This document shows, in pieces, positions 11,909-24,720 of a stretch of 63,530 nt of DNA. The position numbers were made by a program, and so were the translations under genes. The stretch spans positions 1 to 63,530 of the forward strand of contig NW_021831875.1 in assembly GCF_006345805.1 (NCBI RefSeq), written 5' to 3'. The stretch comes from Octopus sinensis (taxonomy: Eukaryota). Positions within the stretch are counted from its first letter, which is position 1; every line of letters starts with the position of its first letter. The notes under the pieces were generated by a model. It made no database searches. It was not told where the DNA came from and was given only the letters and a program-made list of their open reading frames with translations.

Positions 11909-14900
11909 TTGTGTGTGTGTGTGTGTGTGTGCGTGTGTGTTATATTGTTCGTGTGTGTGTGTTTGGTGGGTGGATATTTACAAAATTTCTGAATGAATTA
12001 TAACTGAAATTATGCAGGGGGTTTTTTTTTTTGTTTTTTTTTTACAAAGATTCCTATTCCTGCTCAGCTGAAAACGTTTAGTAATCGGGAACATTTAAGT
12101 GTTATTATTACAGTTTAGGTAATTTGAAGCTATTTACGAGTCTAACAATCACTGAATTATCAACTATTTACTCCAGGTAATTGCGATGTTCTTTGGCTGT
12201 GTCACTTATTTTAGTGGTAATTGCTGACATGCAAAGTATTGTATAATTTTCGGCGACCTTATATTATTTTCTAGAAATATTCGCTTCTAATGATAGAGGC
12301 GAAAATGGGTGAATTTGTAAATGTATTGGGGCTACTAGGCTTACGGGTAAATCAGTTCGCCTTCTGTATAATAGGAAATGCATGTGTGTGTGTGTGTGTG
12401 TGAGTGTGTGCGTGAGTGTGCGTGTGTATGTGTGCGTGCGTGTGTGTGTGTGTATGTATGTTTTACTTGTTAAAAATTGTACCTGCAATGTTTTCTTTCG
12501 TTTTGCGTTCATTGCTTTCATTTTATGCTTGTGTTCGTGTATGTCAGTGTATGTATGTATATATGTATGTATGTTTGCATGCATGTATGTGTGTGTATGT
12601 AGGTTTGTACGTGTGTATGTATGTATGTATGTGTATGTGTATGTATATATGTATGTGTGTGTATATATTTATGTCGGTATATTGGTAGGTAAGTAGGTAG
12701 GTAGATATGTTTGTGTGTATGTATGTACGAATGAATATGTGCATGTATGTATATGTGTATGTATGAACGTATGTATGTATGTATGTCTGTGTGTATTTCT
12801 GTATGCATGTATGTCAAGTATGTATGCATGTGTGAATGTATGTATCTATGTATGCATGTATGCATGTATGTATGTGTGTGAGCGTATGTGCGTGCGAGTG
12901 TGTATGTGTGTGTATGTGTGCGTGCGTGCGTGTGTGTGCGCGCGCGCATATTGTCCTCCCAGATTAGACTGTTTTTGTTGTTAATGTTGTTATGATGATG
13001 ATGATAATCATCATCATAATCATCATCTTCATTACCATCTTCCTCCTTCATCACAATAAACATTATTAATATCGCTATTGTCATTTAGCCGAAAGTCAAC
13101 GGTGATAGAGCGACATTAACGATAAGAAGCTGTGACCATGTCATCTTTTACCCATGTCGCCATGTAATCTAACGCAATTGTATGAGTTGAGGGAGATTTA
13201 GTTGCTATATTTTAACAGTTCAGGTTATTTTGTAGAGGTTTGAGCTTTGGCGACTCGTGAGACAATTTATTTTCCCATTTTAACTGCATTTTCAGTCAGA
13301 GAGACTCGCTAATTTATATTAAAATGCAGACAGGATTTTTTAAAACCTTGATATATATAATCGATTATCTGTATTGTTAAACTGATTCTACTGTTATTCC
13401 CTTCAAATGAGTACAAAAAAATATCAGAAATGTCCCTGTTTGAACTTTGGAAGGGAGTAAATTTCTGGAACTTTGAGTTTCCAACTCAAATTATTCCCTG
13501 ATGAAATAATGAACTTCATATAGTCTTATGCCTTTCCAAACTTGTATAGATTTGCAGACTTGTTCCTATTTTTATAAACTAACTTTGACTCAAAACCGCA
13601 GTGGTTATGTAGTAAAAAAAAAGAAAGACTCAAGTTGAACTATTTGCAAACTATTAAAACGAAGTAGTTTCCATCACTATTTGATGCTATTTCACTTAAG
13701 CCATTAATCCTCTCGGAGAAAGTTATTAACGTCGCGCATGTAAAATATAGGTCTTTAATACCGAGTGGAAAACAAAAATTAAATTACAAAAAATGTCTAT
13801 ATATTCTTAGCTTTAATGATATCCAACTTCTGTTTACTCCAGGTTGCCTTTTTTATACATCTATATGTTTGAATAAAAGGCTAAAAATTGTCGAAAGTGG
13901 AAGAATAAGTAAACTCAAATTTCAGGGCAAAATATTCATTCCACGTCTGTATAATGTTTTATACCTCTCGTCCTGGGTTAACTGTTGAAAGATAAAGTTT
14001 ACTGACTATTCTGGAAAGTTACTGGGCTTCGTACTGCCTGTTTAGTTCTATTTTAGGATACCATAAAGACAGGTTGATTTAAGCTTGCAGCTGCCTTAAA
14101 TGGAAATTAACCAGTAGCTGTTATTGGGGTTGCAAGTCGTAGCAATGGTACAGAGTAAGTTGTAGTTAAAAGTGAAAGAACATTTTGAAAAGTAAACAAC
14201 AAAAAAAAAAAAAAAATGTGTGTGTGAGTTATTTCAGTTCAGAACACCAGCCATGATAACAACGGAACAAATGGATCTGAAGTAATCGCATGGAAGATGG
14301 CATCGAGTGAATTGGACACGGTAATTAATTTTGTAGAATGTCTGCTGTGATGAATTACATCAAAAGAACAAATTTAAAATTTAGAAAAAAATATAATAAA
14401 ACATTCACAAATACAGCATAATTTGACCAGCAACTACATGCAAGAAGCTTTCATTAGCTTGATCTGTAAAGAATTAAAATGTAGTAATGGTTGGTGAACT
14501 AGACAAGTAAAAATAATAAAAGAAAAACACCGCAGATAACAAAACTGCGTAGAAATAACTGTCAAAGAGCGTGCCACCTCTTCAAATAATGACCACGCCT
14601 GTCTTCTACCGGCCATGACAGTCTTCAGGCTATGTCCATGAAATACTTAAACCGCCAGCCACATCTGAAAATAGGTTTGATCGCTCAATTAGTAAACAAT
14701 AGAAAATAAAGTTTACACAAGTCTGACTAATAGAAATATTAGGTATTCAAATATCTGCAATTATAGTAAAGAATTGGTGGTGAAGGCGGTGGTTGTTTCT
14801 GCGAAATATTTGCCTCGTTGAAGAATTTTCTGACTATGTTCATGTATATTTCAGGTAAATCAATTTCACAGAACATTGCAAGCTCACAATTTTGAAGTAG

Positions 14901-14988
14901 GTGTTGTAGTCGCTGTTTCGGCCCACGTCGACACTGCTTGTCATCAACGGCCTGTCCATATTCATTTCATTTATTTGTATTGCTATGA

Positions 14989-15024
<36 letters not shown>

Positions 15025-15059
15025 TTGTTGGTGGTGGTGGTAGTACTATTGTTACAATG

Positions 15060-15250
15060 AAAGCAAACGAGTAGAATCGAAAAGCATGCCGGGTAAAATG
15101 CTTATTGACATTTTGCCCGAGGCTGACTTTGCCTTTCAACCTTTTGGGGTCGATATAGTAAGTACCGGTTGGGTACTAGGATCGACATACTAATCGACTT
15201 GCCCTCTCCTCAAATTTCAGGCGTTGTACATATAATAGAAAGGATTGTTG
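15060..15250 (+). mobile_element. tRNA-derived SINE, degenerate
   Basis: gactttgcctttcaaccttttggggtcgat...agtaccggttg matches the SINE family seen elsewhere in the window. Confidence 0.7.
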
Positions 15251-16589
15251 TTGTTTGTTTGTTTGTTGTTTGGTTTCATAAAGTGAATTTATTTTTACTG
15301 AGGCAATAAGATGTGATTTAACTGTGTTTTTTAAAATCAAGATAAGCGGTTGTGTAGAAGCTGATTAGTTACCGGCTCCATGCTAACTAGTTGTTGTGCC
15401 TACGCACTAGATACCCGTTCGCAGCCTCACAAACAACATTCTTTAAAAATAAAGAATCTCGAAGAAAATATATACAGAAGGCAGAATGAAACAGGTAAAA
15501 TCATTGACAGGTTATGAAAGACAAATGGCCAGATATACCGTCCACAGAAATTGTCGACAGTAAAGTACAAAAAAAAAATTGTTAAAGCCACAACTTATGA
15601 TGATAGACTAAACAAACGGATACTCTAAGAAATGTGTGTGTGTTTCTGCGTGTGCGTGTGTGGTGTGTGTGTGTGTGCGCGCGCCTAAATCTGATATACA
15701 TACACATCGCCTATTTATTCTTCGAACTCATTGTTTACTTCTGACGTCCTCGACGCGAGAATTTGCAGCAAAAATCAGTGTTGACTGTAGAGATGACATT
15801 AACAATATATATATATATAGTTGTTTGATTGATTGATTCTAGTTTCAGCTCATGAGCTGTGGCCATATATAACTTACGCAGACGATATATAAACAAGGAA
15901 AATTTAACTATTTCGATGCAGATTAAAACAATAATTAACAGCATGAAACCGATTTTCAACGGGTCCTCACCAGGGGGTGTCTTACATCAAGTGTCCGAAC
16001 CCGGAGAAATAAGCAGTCAGACTGCTTATATAGACAACAAATCCAGTAGCTACAGAGAACAGGAGCTATTAATTTGCATTAATTTGCTACGGGAATCTCA
16101 GTCCTCCCAGTTTTAACGCATGATATCATAATATATGTAACTTATGCAATTGACATACACAGGACAAATTTAAATATATATGCGGAGGATATTAACGGTA
16201 GTTTCTCGTGTCTCAGAAAAAATGGCTTTATAATTTCTTGTTGAGCAAACTGAAGAGACGATTTGTTCATAGTGATCAAATATTTGTGCAGTACATAATA
16301 TGCTCAATGCTCTCCATAAATTCGAAATTACTTGTACTGGTGCATAATGTGCCACACGTCAGATGCCCAAGTGATCGAAGAGCAACATGGAATTAAGCGG
16401 AATTTTCGGCCTTTAGACCAAAATTACGTTCTTGCACTGGTCAGTGCACCGGCCTAACTACTCGGTCATGCGTTCCCACTAGATATACGTACGTGAGTGG
16501 TGTATGGTTATACAAATATATTTTAGTATTATACATGTGTGTGTGTATATATGTATATATGTATATATATATATGTGTGTGTGTACATA

Positions 16590-17990
16590 TTTGGCATTTT
16601 CCGCAATAGCTGTGTTCCGGTGGATCAAGTATTTGGAGACCATAGGTCTGGCATAGTACGAATGAAGGATTCGGGTTTTATTATTATCAGGTTACAGCCA
16701 TAAAGAAAGGATCAGAGTACACAAAGGAGCCATGAAGAAATTTGATACTATCTTATGTAATGATAGGAATGGGACTTGCCCACACTGTAGGAGCAAGTCA
16801 TGGAGCACTAGTGAAAAGACTAAGAAGAAAATAGGGAAGGCCAACTCTTGGTATGATAACTACAAATACCAGAGTCTCATGTTCGTCGACACCACCCCTA
16901 GAGGCGAATGGCGTACCGCTTTAGAAGGGCCCTAGACAAACTTAAGCTAACCCTATCAAATCCCTAATCGATAGAACCTACCCTTTTAGTAGACCCCATG
17001 CACGGATAGGAACTGTACTGTGTGTAGATTTAGCCCACAAACAAACTGTAAAGCCAGAAATGTAGTCTATAGTATAAGATGTGTAGAGGGACGATGCAGT
17101 AACAAGACAACGGTATACGTAGGGGAAACGGCACGGAGCATAGGAGAGCGGGTAAATGGACATTGGAGAGAACTTAAGGAAGGAAAGAGCTCATCGATTC
17201 TGTACCAACACGCCGAGCAGGAACACGGGGGCTCACTCAACAACATAAAAGTTAAAATCTTGTCCACACATAGAACAGACGCAACAATCGACAAATTACG
17301 GAAGATACACACATAATAGAAGATAAACCTAGCTGAATAGGAAACTGGAATGGAACACTAGCACACACACAACATATTGACGAAGATCCCCATAAACTGG
17401 TTACATAATAAACAAAACCGAAAACATAATTAATAAAATACACATAATAAACAATAGAAATAATAACTGCATATATTAAAAAAGAAAAAATAACTAAATA
17501 CAACAAAAAAATAATAAAAATAATAATGAGTAGGTGTAAACACATGAACAAAATAAAAATAAACAAAAACAAATTACACGAACGTGCATAAACAGGAGAT
17601 ATAAATATTAGAGGCACTTCCCCCACCCCCACCCACACACACACTAACTAAACATAGACACACATAGAGGAATACACATGAGCAAATGAAGACACATACA
17701 ATAGGAATACAAATACAAAATGGCTGACCGCTAGTGAGGAGAGACACACAAATAAGAAAGAAGAGAGCAAAGGACCACTGATGAGGTCACATGAGTGTGA
17801 CGAAAGAACTCTGGCCGAAATAAGATTAAGATTAATCTAAAAAATAAATAATGTTGAAGCAAATTAACACTATATATATATAGTGTGTGTGTTTTTATTG
17901 GCTAAACTGGCAAAATGACCATTCCTAAATACAACAATATCTGTTTCAACACACGATTTCACATCAAGAATCTTGCAAAATAAATACATA
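16590..17990 (+). mobile_element. Penelope-like element, second copy of the 7.0-8.6 kb family (RT C-terminus, frameshifted GIY-YIG, pseudo-LTR)
   Basis: About 85-90% similar by eye to 7233-8591; ORF 17020-17316 is GIY-YIG. Confidence 0.88.
17772..17816 (+). ncRNA. Minimal hammerhead ribozyme with intact core
   Basis: GGACCA-CTGATGA-G-GTCACA(tgag)TGTGAC-GAAA-GAAC-TC-TGGCC. Confidence 0.8.
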
Positions 17991-18035
17991 TATATATATT
18001 ATATATATATATATATATAGAAGATATATATATAT

Positions 18036-18070
<35 letters not shown>

Positions 18071-18095
18071 CTGTATGTATATACATAACATATAC

Positions 18096-18136
<41 letters not shown>

Positions 18137-18384
18137 AAATTACCATAAGGGTGTTGAATGATTACAACACCAGTCAGCTAGAAATAGACCCTCAAAGGTC
18201 TATGAACCACTTAGATTATTACTCCACTACACATATCTGCTGCAGAACTATTCTGACGATACATGCATATATATATATATATATATTATAATATATATAT
18301 ATATATATGTATGTATATGTATGTATATATATGCATATTTGTATGTATGTGTGTGTGTGAGCGTGTGTGTGTGTGTGTGTAGTT

Positions 18385-18590
18385 CAAATTCACAGAAAAC
18401 AAAAGACTAAGACATGTGTAAGAACAACAAGCAAGCGTATTAGTTTGAGGCTCAGAAAAACCGAAAAGTCTTTTACGTTTCAAGCCAACGCTCTTCAACA
18501 GAAAGGATTAACAGAGGAAAAACTGGAGAGAGAATGACAAAGGCGATGAGAGAAAAAATATGCAGAGTTCAACGGTCTAACATGGCGATA
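18385..18590 (-). repeat. Interspersed repeat (same family as 6012-6150) with an HHR-like CTGTTGA...GAAACGTA motif
   Basis: Shares gtattagttt...gctc...aaagt.ttttacgtttcaagcc.acgctcttcaacagaaag with 6390-6460. Confidence 0.7.
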
Positions 18591-18711
18591 TATATATATA
18601 TGTATGTAATGTATGTATGTATGCATGCTTGTATGTATGTATGTATGTATGTATGTATGTATGTATGTATGTATGTATGTATGTATGTATGTACGTATGT
18701 ATGTATGTATT

Positions 18712-18940
18712 CTCCATTTTAGTTGGAGAATTGTTCTCTGTAAACGAGAATGTCAGTATCCATAAGGTCGCTCGGCTAGGAAGATTCCAAGTGAACTCAA
18801 CCTCAGATACTAGACCGCGCCCAATAAGGGTAATCTTTGCTTCCGATCAGGAGGCTTCAACCTTTCTGAACAGAGCTCAGACGCATGCCTGGGAGGACCC
18901 CAATATGGGTTTTCACGAGGAATTCTGACGATACATGCAT

Positions 18941-18986
<46 letters not shown>

Positions 18987-21900
18987 GTATGTATCCGAAC
19001 TAAAGATGAGAAAACAGATGGGAGAGAAGGGTTTACGCATCCAAGATGGACAAATAATCAAGTACTACCTCTGGTCGCATGCTGTAGAGAAAGTGAATTG
19101 AGGGCGAATCGAAGTAAAGTAGATACCCCCGTCATCGATGCTATCTCTGATACCCCTTATTCTGCTTGTTCCCCAACTCCCGCCCCTCAAACTTCACAGC
19201 TCAGCTTCGTCTATACCAACTCGTGCTCCTTATTCCCAAAGTTCAGCGAAATATTTACACTGGCCATACGTGACTCCCCTGATGTGATAGCTATCACCGA
19301 GACTTGGCTGACTCAGCCAGTAAAGGACTCAGAAATCCACCTACAGGGCTACGTCCTCTTCAGATGTGACAGAGAAAAAAGGAGAGGTGGAGGTGTTGCT
19401 GTGTATGTTAAATCTGATCACAAACCGTCCAGCGGTATTCTACCCACTAATGCTCAACCTACAAAAAATTCGATGCCGTCTATTGCAAGCTGAGCCTATC
19501 CGAGTTTTGCCTGCTGTGTTAGCTGTCTACAGGCCGCCTCTCGCCGACCCCCAGGACGATGCTCATTTACTCGAAGCGATAAGATTCGTTTCAGATTCGC
19601 ATGACTGTTTGATACTAGGAGACTTCAACGCACCCACGATCGATTGGCCCGCATCAATTTGTACATCATCTTTCCGGTTCGGCCAGGCCCTTTTTGACGT
19701 GGCTGAAGATTGTTTTCTATCGCAACATGTTGAATATCCAACAAGGCATCGGTCTGGGCAGCAGCCATCTATGCTGGATCTGGTATTCTCCCGCTATCCA
19801 AGATCAGTGTCAGACGTATCTGTGTGCGCCCCTCTTGCCAAGTGTGATCATGCGGTCCTGAAGTTCGTCATGCACACAACTTTTTCTACGCCCACGACTA
19901 CTTCGCTGCCACGTAGAGTCTTCTCTGCAATTAATCTTGAAATTCTAACCGAGGCTTCCGCGCTTCTGGACTGGCGATACCTGATGACGTTGTCCTCAGT
20001 TGACGAACTATAGTCATCCCTCAAAGCATATGTAATCTGGTTGACTGACCAGGCAGTTCCCGTTGGGCTTCCCAAGAAGAAGAAACACAAGCCCTGGGTG
20101 ACGAAGAAGGTTAAACGAGAACTTCGACTCAGAGATATTGCTTGGGCTGAATTCAAAAATCTGGATTCGACTGCAGCTTTTGGGGTGTACAAAACTCAAC
20201 GAGACCGAGCCGTGAAAATTGAAAAGGAAGAACGCTTCAGTTATGAATACAAAATCGCGGCAAATGCCAGTAGCAATCCAAAAACCTTCTTTGCCCATGT
20301 CCAACGGAATTCCCGCTTGAACAACCAGATTGCAACGTTGGTAGACTCAACAGGCGTATCGATTGAGGACCCGTATCAACAGAGTCAATTATTTGCCGAG
20401 GCTTTTTCAACTATTTTCAAACAAGATGACGGTCGTGAACCCCCTCCATTTGATAGATCGGTACCTCCAATGCTTCGATTGGTCATCACGCGGGACGAAG
20501 TCAAACGTGTTATTCAAGGCCTCGATGTCAACAAGGCTCACGGCCCTGACGGCTTACACCCACGGGTTACCAAAGCATTGGCTCCGGTCATCTGCGAGCC
20601 CTTAACACGTCTATTCAATATGTCATTGGCGACAGGTGCTATAACTGCGGACTGGAGAACAGCGATAATCTGCCCAATTTTCAAGAAAGGGAGCCGCGAA
20701 GACCCGCTTAACTACCGACCGGTTTCCTTACATCAATAATCAGCAAGATGTTCGAAACCATCCTTAAGAAAAGTATGATGCTCCACCTCCAAAACACAGC
20801 CTCCATCTCTGATTCCCAACACAGCTTCGTGCCGAAGAGATCATGCTTGACCAACTTACTGGTAATGGAAGATTGGTGACGCGCATCCTCGATGATAGTG
20901 ATGCTGTTGACATCGTTTTATTGGACTTTGCCAAAGCTTTTGACTCGGTAAACCACCGGCTATTACTTGTCAAGCTTCAAGCATATAGTTTCCATCCGGA
21001 TATTGTACGATGGGTTGGTGCCTTCCTCTCAGATCGCTTCTTCCAAGTCCAAGTTAATGGTTCGCGGTCCGACGTCTCCAGTGCGAGCAGTGGCGTGCCT
21101 CAAGGTTCAGTGCTTGGGCCCTTATTGTTCTTAGTCTTCATAAATGACTTGCCCGACGACCTCACGCAGCACACCCTTCTATTTGCCGACGATGTCAAAC
21201 TGGTCGCTCCTCGCGGTGATTATAGAGGATCTGTCGATGCCTCCACAAATTTGGAGGTGGTCTAACGATGGGACCTGTGTCTGAACGTGTCAAAGTGCTG
21301 TCATCTGCCTGTTGGCTCTCCTCCTGCAACTCAACTTGATTTCGAGCCGGGTCGTCTGCTGCTGGAGAGGACCGATCAGGTAAGGACCTGGGTATCTTGG
21401 TGGATTGCTCCTTTTCGCCTTCGGCCCAGTGCCTCCATGCTGCCAACAAAGCACGCGGAATTCTGTTCTTGATTCGACAGTCATTCGGAATGCTCACAGC
21501 AGCCATATTCCTACCACTCTATGTCACGCTGGTGAGACCCATATTGGAACACGGGATTCAAGCCTCTTCTCCTTATCTCCTCAAGACATACAGCATCTCG
21601 AAAGAGTCCAGAAGCTGGCTACCCGCATGGTCATGGTCTCAAAAATTTTCCTATGAAGAAAGGCTGAGGACGTTCGACCTTTATTCTCTAGAAAAACGCC
21701 GCCGCCGTGGTGATCTCATTCTAGCCCACAGCATCATAAGCGGAAAGTGTAACCTCTTGAAAGAGCTGTTCTTCACTCCTGCTCCAGAGTGTCGGCTGCG
21801 GGGTCATTCCGAAAAGCTCTACCTGCGACGATTTCCTGTCAATCGAAGGAGAGGAGCTTTCTCCGTCCGGGTTGCGGATCCGTGCAACAAGCTGCCAGAC

Positions 21901-22045
21901 GAGATGGTGAAGATGCCGACGACCGCTTTGTTCAAAGCCTCCCTTGACCTCAAGTGGCCTGAACTCTTTACATGAACACCACCCTGTACTTAACTCCATG
22001 TCCCCCTACATGGCCTTGCTATTTGCTTTTGAGCCAAATTAACTA
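18712..22045 (+). mobile_element. CR1-type LINE: ORF1 3' end, near-complete ORF2, 3' UTR and (TAAC)n tail, inserted in (TATG)n
   Basis: ORF1 remnant RLG...RPRPIRVIF, followed by EN, RT and the CR1-type C-terminus LRGHSEKL...FSVRV. The tail is aactaactaactaac and (TATG)n lies on both sides. Confidence 0.92.
19180..21975 (+). pseudogene. CR1 ORF2 (APE endonuclease plus reverse transcriptase), several frameshifts
   Basis: [68 protein letters not shown] and LFADDVKL, spread across ORFs 18885-21975. Confidence 0.92.
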
Positions 22046-22049
22046 ACAT

Positions 22050-22072
22050 AACTAACTAACTAACATCACATG

Positions 22073-22106
<34 letters not shown>

Positions 22107-22450
22107 TGTATGTATGTATGTATGTATGTGTGTAAGTATGTATATATGTATGTAAGTATGTATATATGTATGTATATATGTATGTATGTATGTGTATGTA
22201 TGTATGTATGTATGTAAGTAGTATATAGTATGTATATATGATGTATGTCGTATGTATGTATGTATGTATGTAATGTATGTATGTATGTATGTATGTATGT
22301 ATGTATGTATATTTGTATGTATGTATGTATGTATGTAAGTATGTATGTATGTATGTATGTATGTAATGTATGTATGTATGTATGTATGTAGGTATGTATG
22401 TGTGCTTGTGTATGCATGTATGTATGTGCTTGCGTGCGTGTGTATGTATG
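22050..22450. repeat. (TATG)n microsatellite
   Basis: Direct sequence. Confidence 0.95.
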
Positions 22451-23200
22451 TGTGTATATTCTGTATCAGAAACTCCCGGACGGACGGAAACGTGAAACCC
22501 AGAGTAGCTGCGTTTTTTTTTTGTGATGTTTTTCCAGCTTTAATAAAAACTTATATTACTCGTTAATCTAGAACAATTTTTACTCCTAGTTTTGAATTCC
22601 CGTAGTTACGCGACAGCCGACAACTGATGAAAGGTTCTTTCTCTGTGCTTACCTGTCCTGTTTTTACGTATTTCATGTTTGCACAGTTGGAGACGTCCAG
22701 TACCCATATATGCATATATATATATATATGTGTGTGTGTGTGTAGAAGTGATTCTTTTTATCCAATCTAATGTGGATATATTATTTGTGCGTCGAATATT
22801 GTATTACTTACTTGATGAGGACATCTTATATGGACGCATATTGAGTAAAGTCAACCTTATTTACATCGTTAGCAGACGAAGAAATATCTGCAACGGACGC
22901 CGGAACTGCCAGATCACCTGACATAAATATGTGAACTTTTCTGCATTATACTTTCATATAAGAGTTCTTCTCAAGGTTAATAACGCAGTATTCGGTGTTC
23001 TAACAATAAATCCCACGTTAAGCTGGATATAAAACTGCCTTTTGGTATTAAAACTGATTCTGTTGCTAATTATACATAATGCACACACACACACACATGC
23101 ATACACACAATCACATACATACACATATATATAAGGAGGAGAGAGAGAGGGAGAGAGGGAGAGAGAAGTAATGCTTATTACCACTAATTTGCTTGTTATA

Positions 23201-23328
23201 TACGAGGGGGTGTATGAAAAAGGTCTTGAGTCTCAAAAGAACAAAACATGTGTACAAGACTTCTGAGAGGAATATACATTTCAAGGCTCAAAGGCCATGA
23301 AGGCTCAAAACTTTTTATACACCCCCTC

Positions 23329-23331
<3 letters not shown>
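23201..23331. mobile_element. Mariner-type MITE (~127 bp) with TA target duplication
   Basis: TA-CGAGGGGGTGTATGAAAAAGGTCTTGAG ... CTCAAAACTTTTTATACACCCCCTCG-TA. Confidence 0.8.
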
Positions 23332-23404
<73 letters not shown>

Positions 23405-23465
23405 GTATGTATATGCATTTATATGTTTGTGTATATGTATATATATGTATTTATATGCATGTGTA

Positions 23466-23501
<36 letters not shown>

Positions 23502-23929
23502 CACAAATGCACACACATATATTTATGCATTTATCTATCTAAATATGAATGAACGATTGAATGGTTGGATGTATATAAACAAAGTGTGTGTGAAAGTAGA
23601 AACCTGTTATATTACAATCTTGATTATTCAGGATTTGTCATAGTCCCTTAATTACCACTTACGCTTGGTTTTTGATTAGTAATGAATTCAACCTAGGTAT
23701 AACATCATCTCATTTTAAATCTGGCGTTGAGGCTTTTATCTGTTATAACATTATTTTCTAAACCATTTTCCTACTTAATGTAAAACTCGCAAACAACACA
23801 TCATCACAGATGGATTAAATTGGAAATGAGTTTTGGAAAGTACAAAAACATCTGATTTACAAAACATTTCATAAAGGAAATATAAACTTCCTTAGTAAAA
23901 AAAAACAGACTTCAAAGACATGTGTTTGT

Positions 23930-23985
23930 CATACATACATATATACATACATACATTGCATACATACATACATACATCATAGACA

Positions 23986-24016
<31 letters not shown>

Positions 24017-24720
24017 CATACATACATACATACATACATACATACATACATTACATACATACATTACATACATACATACATTGCATACATACATACATTG
24101 CATGCATATATACATACATACATACATATATACATACATTACATACAGACATTCAATACATACATACATACATTAGATACATACATACATTACATTCATA
24201 CATTACATACATGCATACATACATACATACATTACATACATACATTACATACATACATACATTGCATACAAATCAGCATGCAGATATACATACATACATT
24301 ACATACATACATACATTGCATACATACATTACATACATACATACATTCATACATACATTCATACATACATTACATACATACATTACATACATACATTACA
24401 TACAGACATTACATACATACATTGCATACATACATACATACATACATACATACATACATACATTACATGCAGACATTACATACATTGCATACATACATTA
24501 CATACATACATACATACATACATATATACATACATTACATACATACATTACATACATACATTACATACATACATTACATACATACATACATACATACATA
24601 CAAATCAGCATGCATATATACATTCATAGATACATACATATAGACAGATACAAAATACATGCATTCATACACAAATATATACTAACATGTAAATACATAC
24701 GTTCATGTATACTTACGTAC
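23930..24720. repeat. Long (CATA)n array with CATTA variants
   Basis: Direct sequence. Confidence 0.95.

Noticed and set aside
16430-16485. Helitron-like 3' hairpin (TGCACTG-GT-CAGTGCA) plus CTAG
   Set aside because: The hairpin is about 30 nt from the CTAG, and there is no 5' TC end or second copy.
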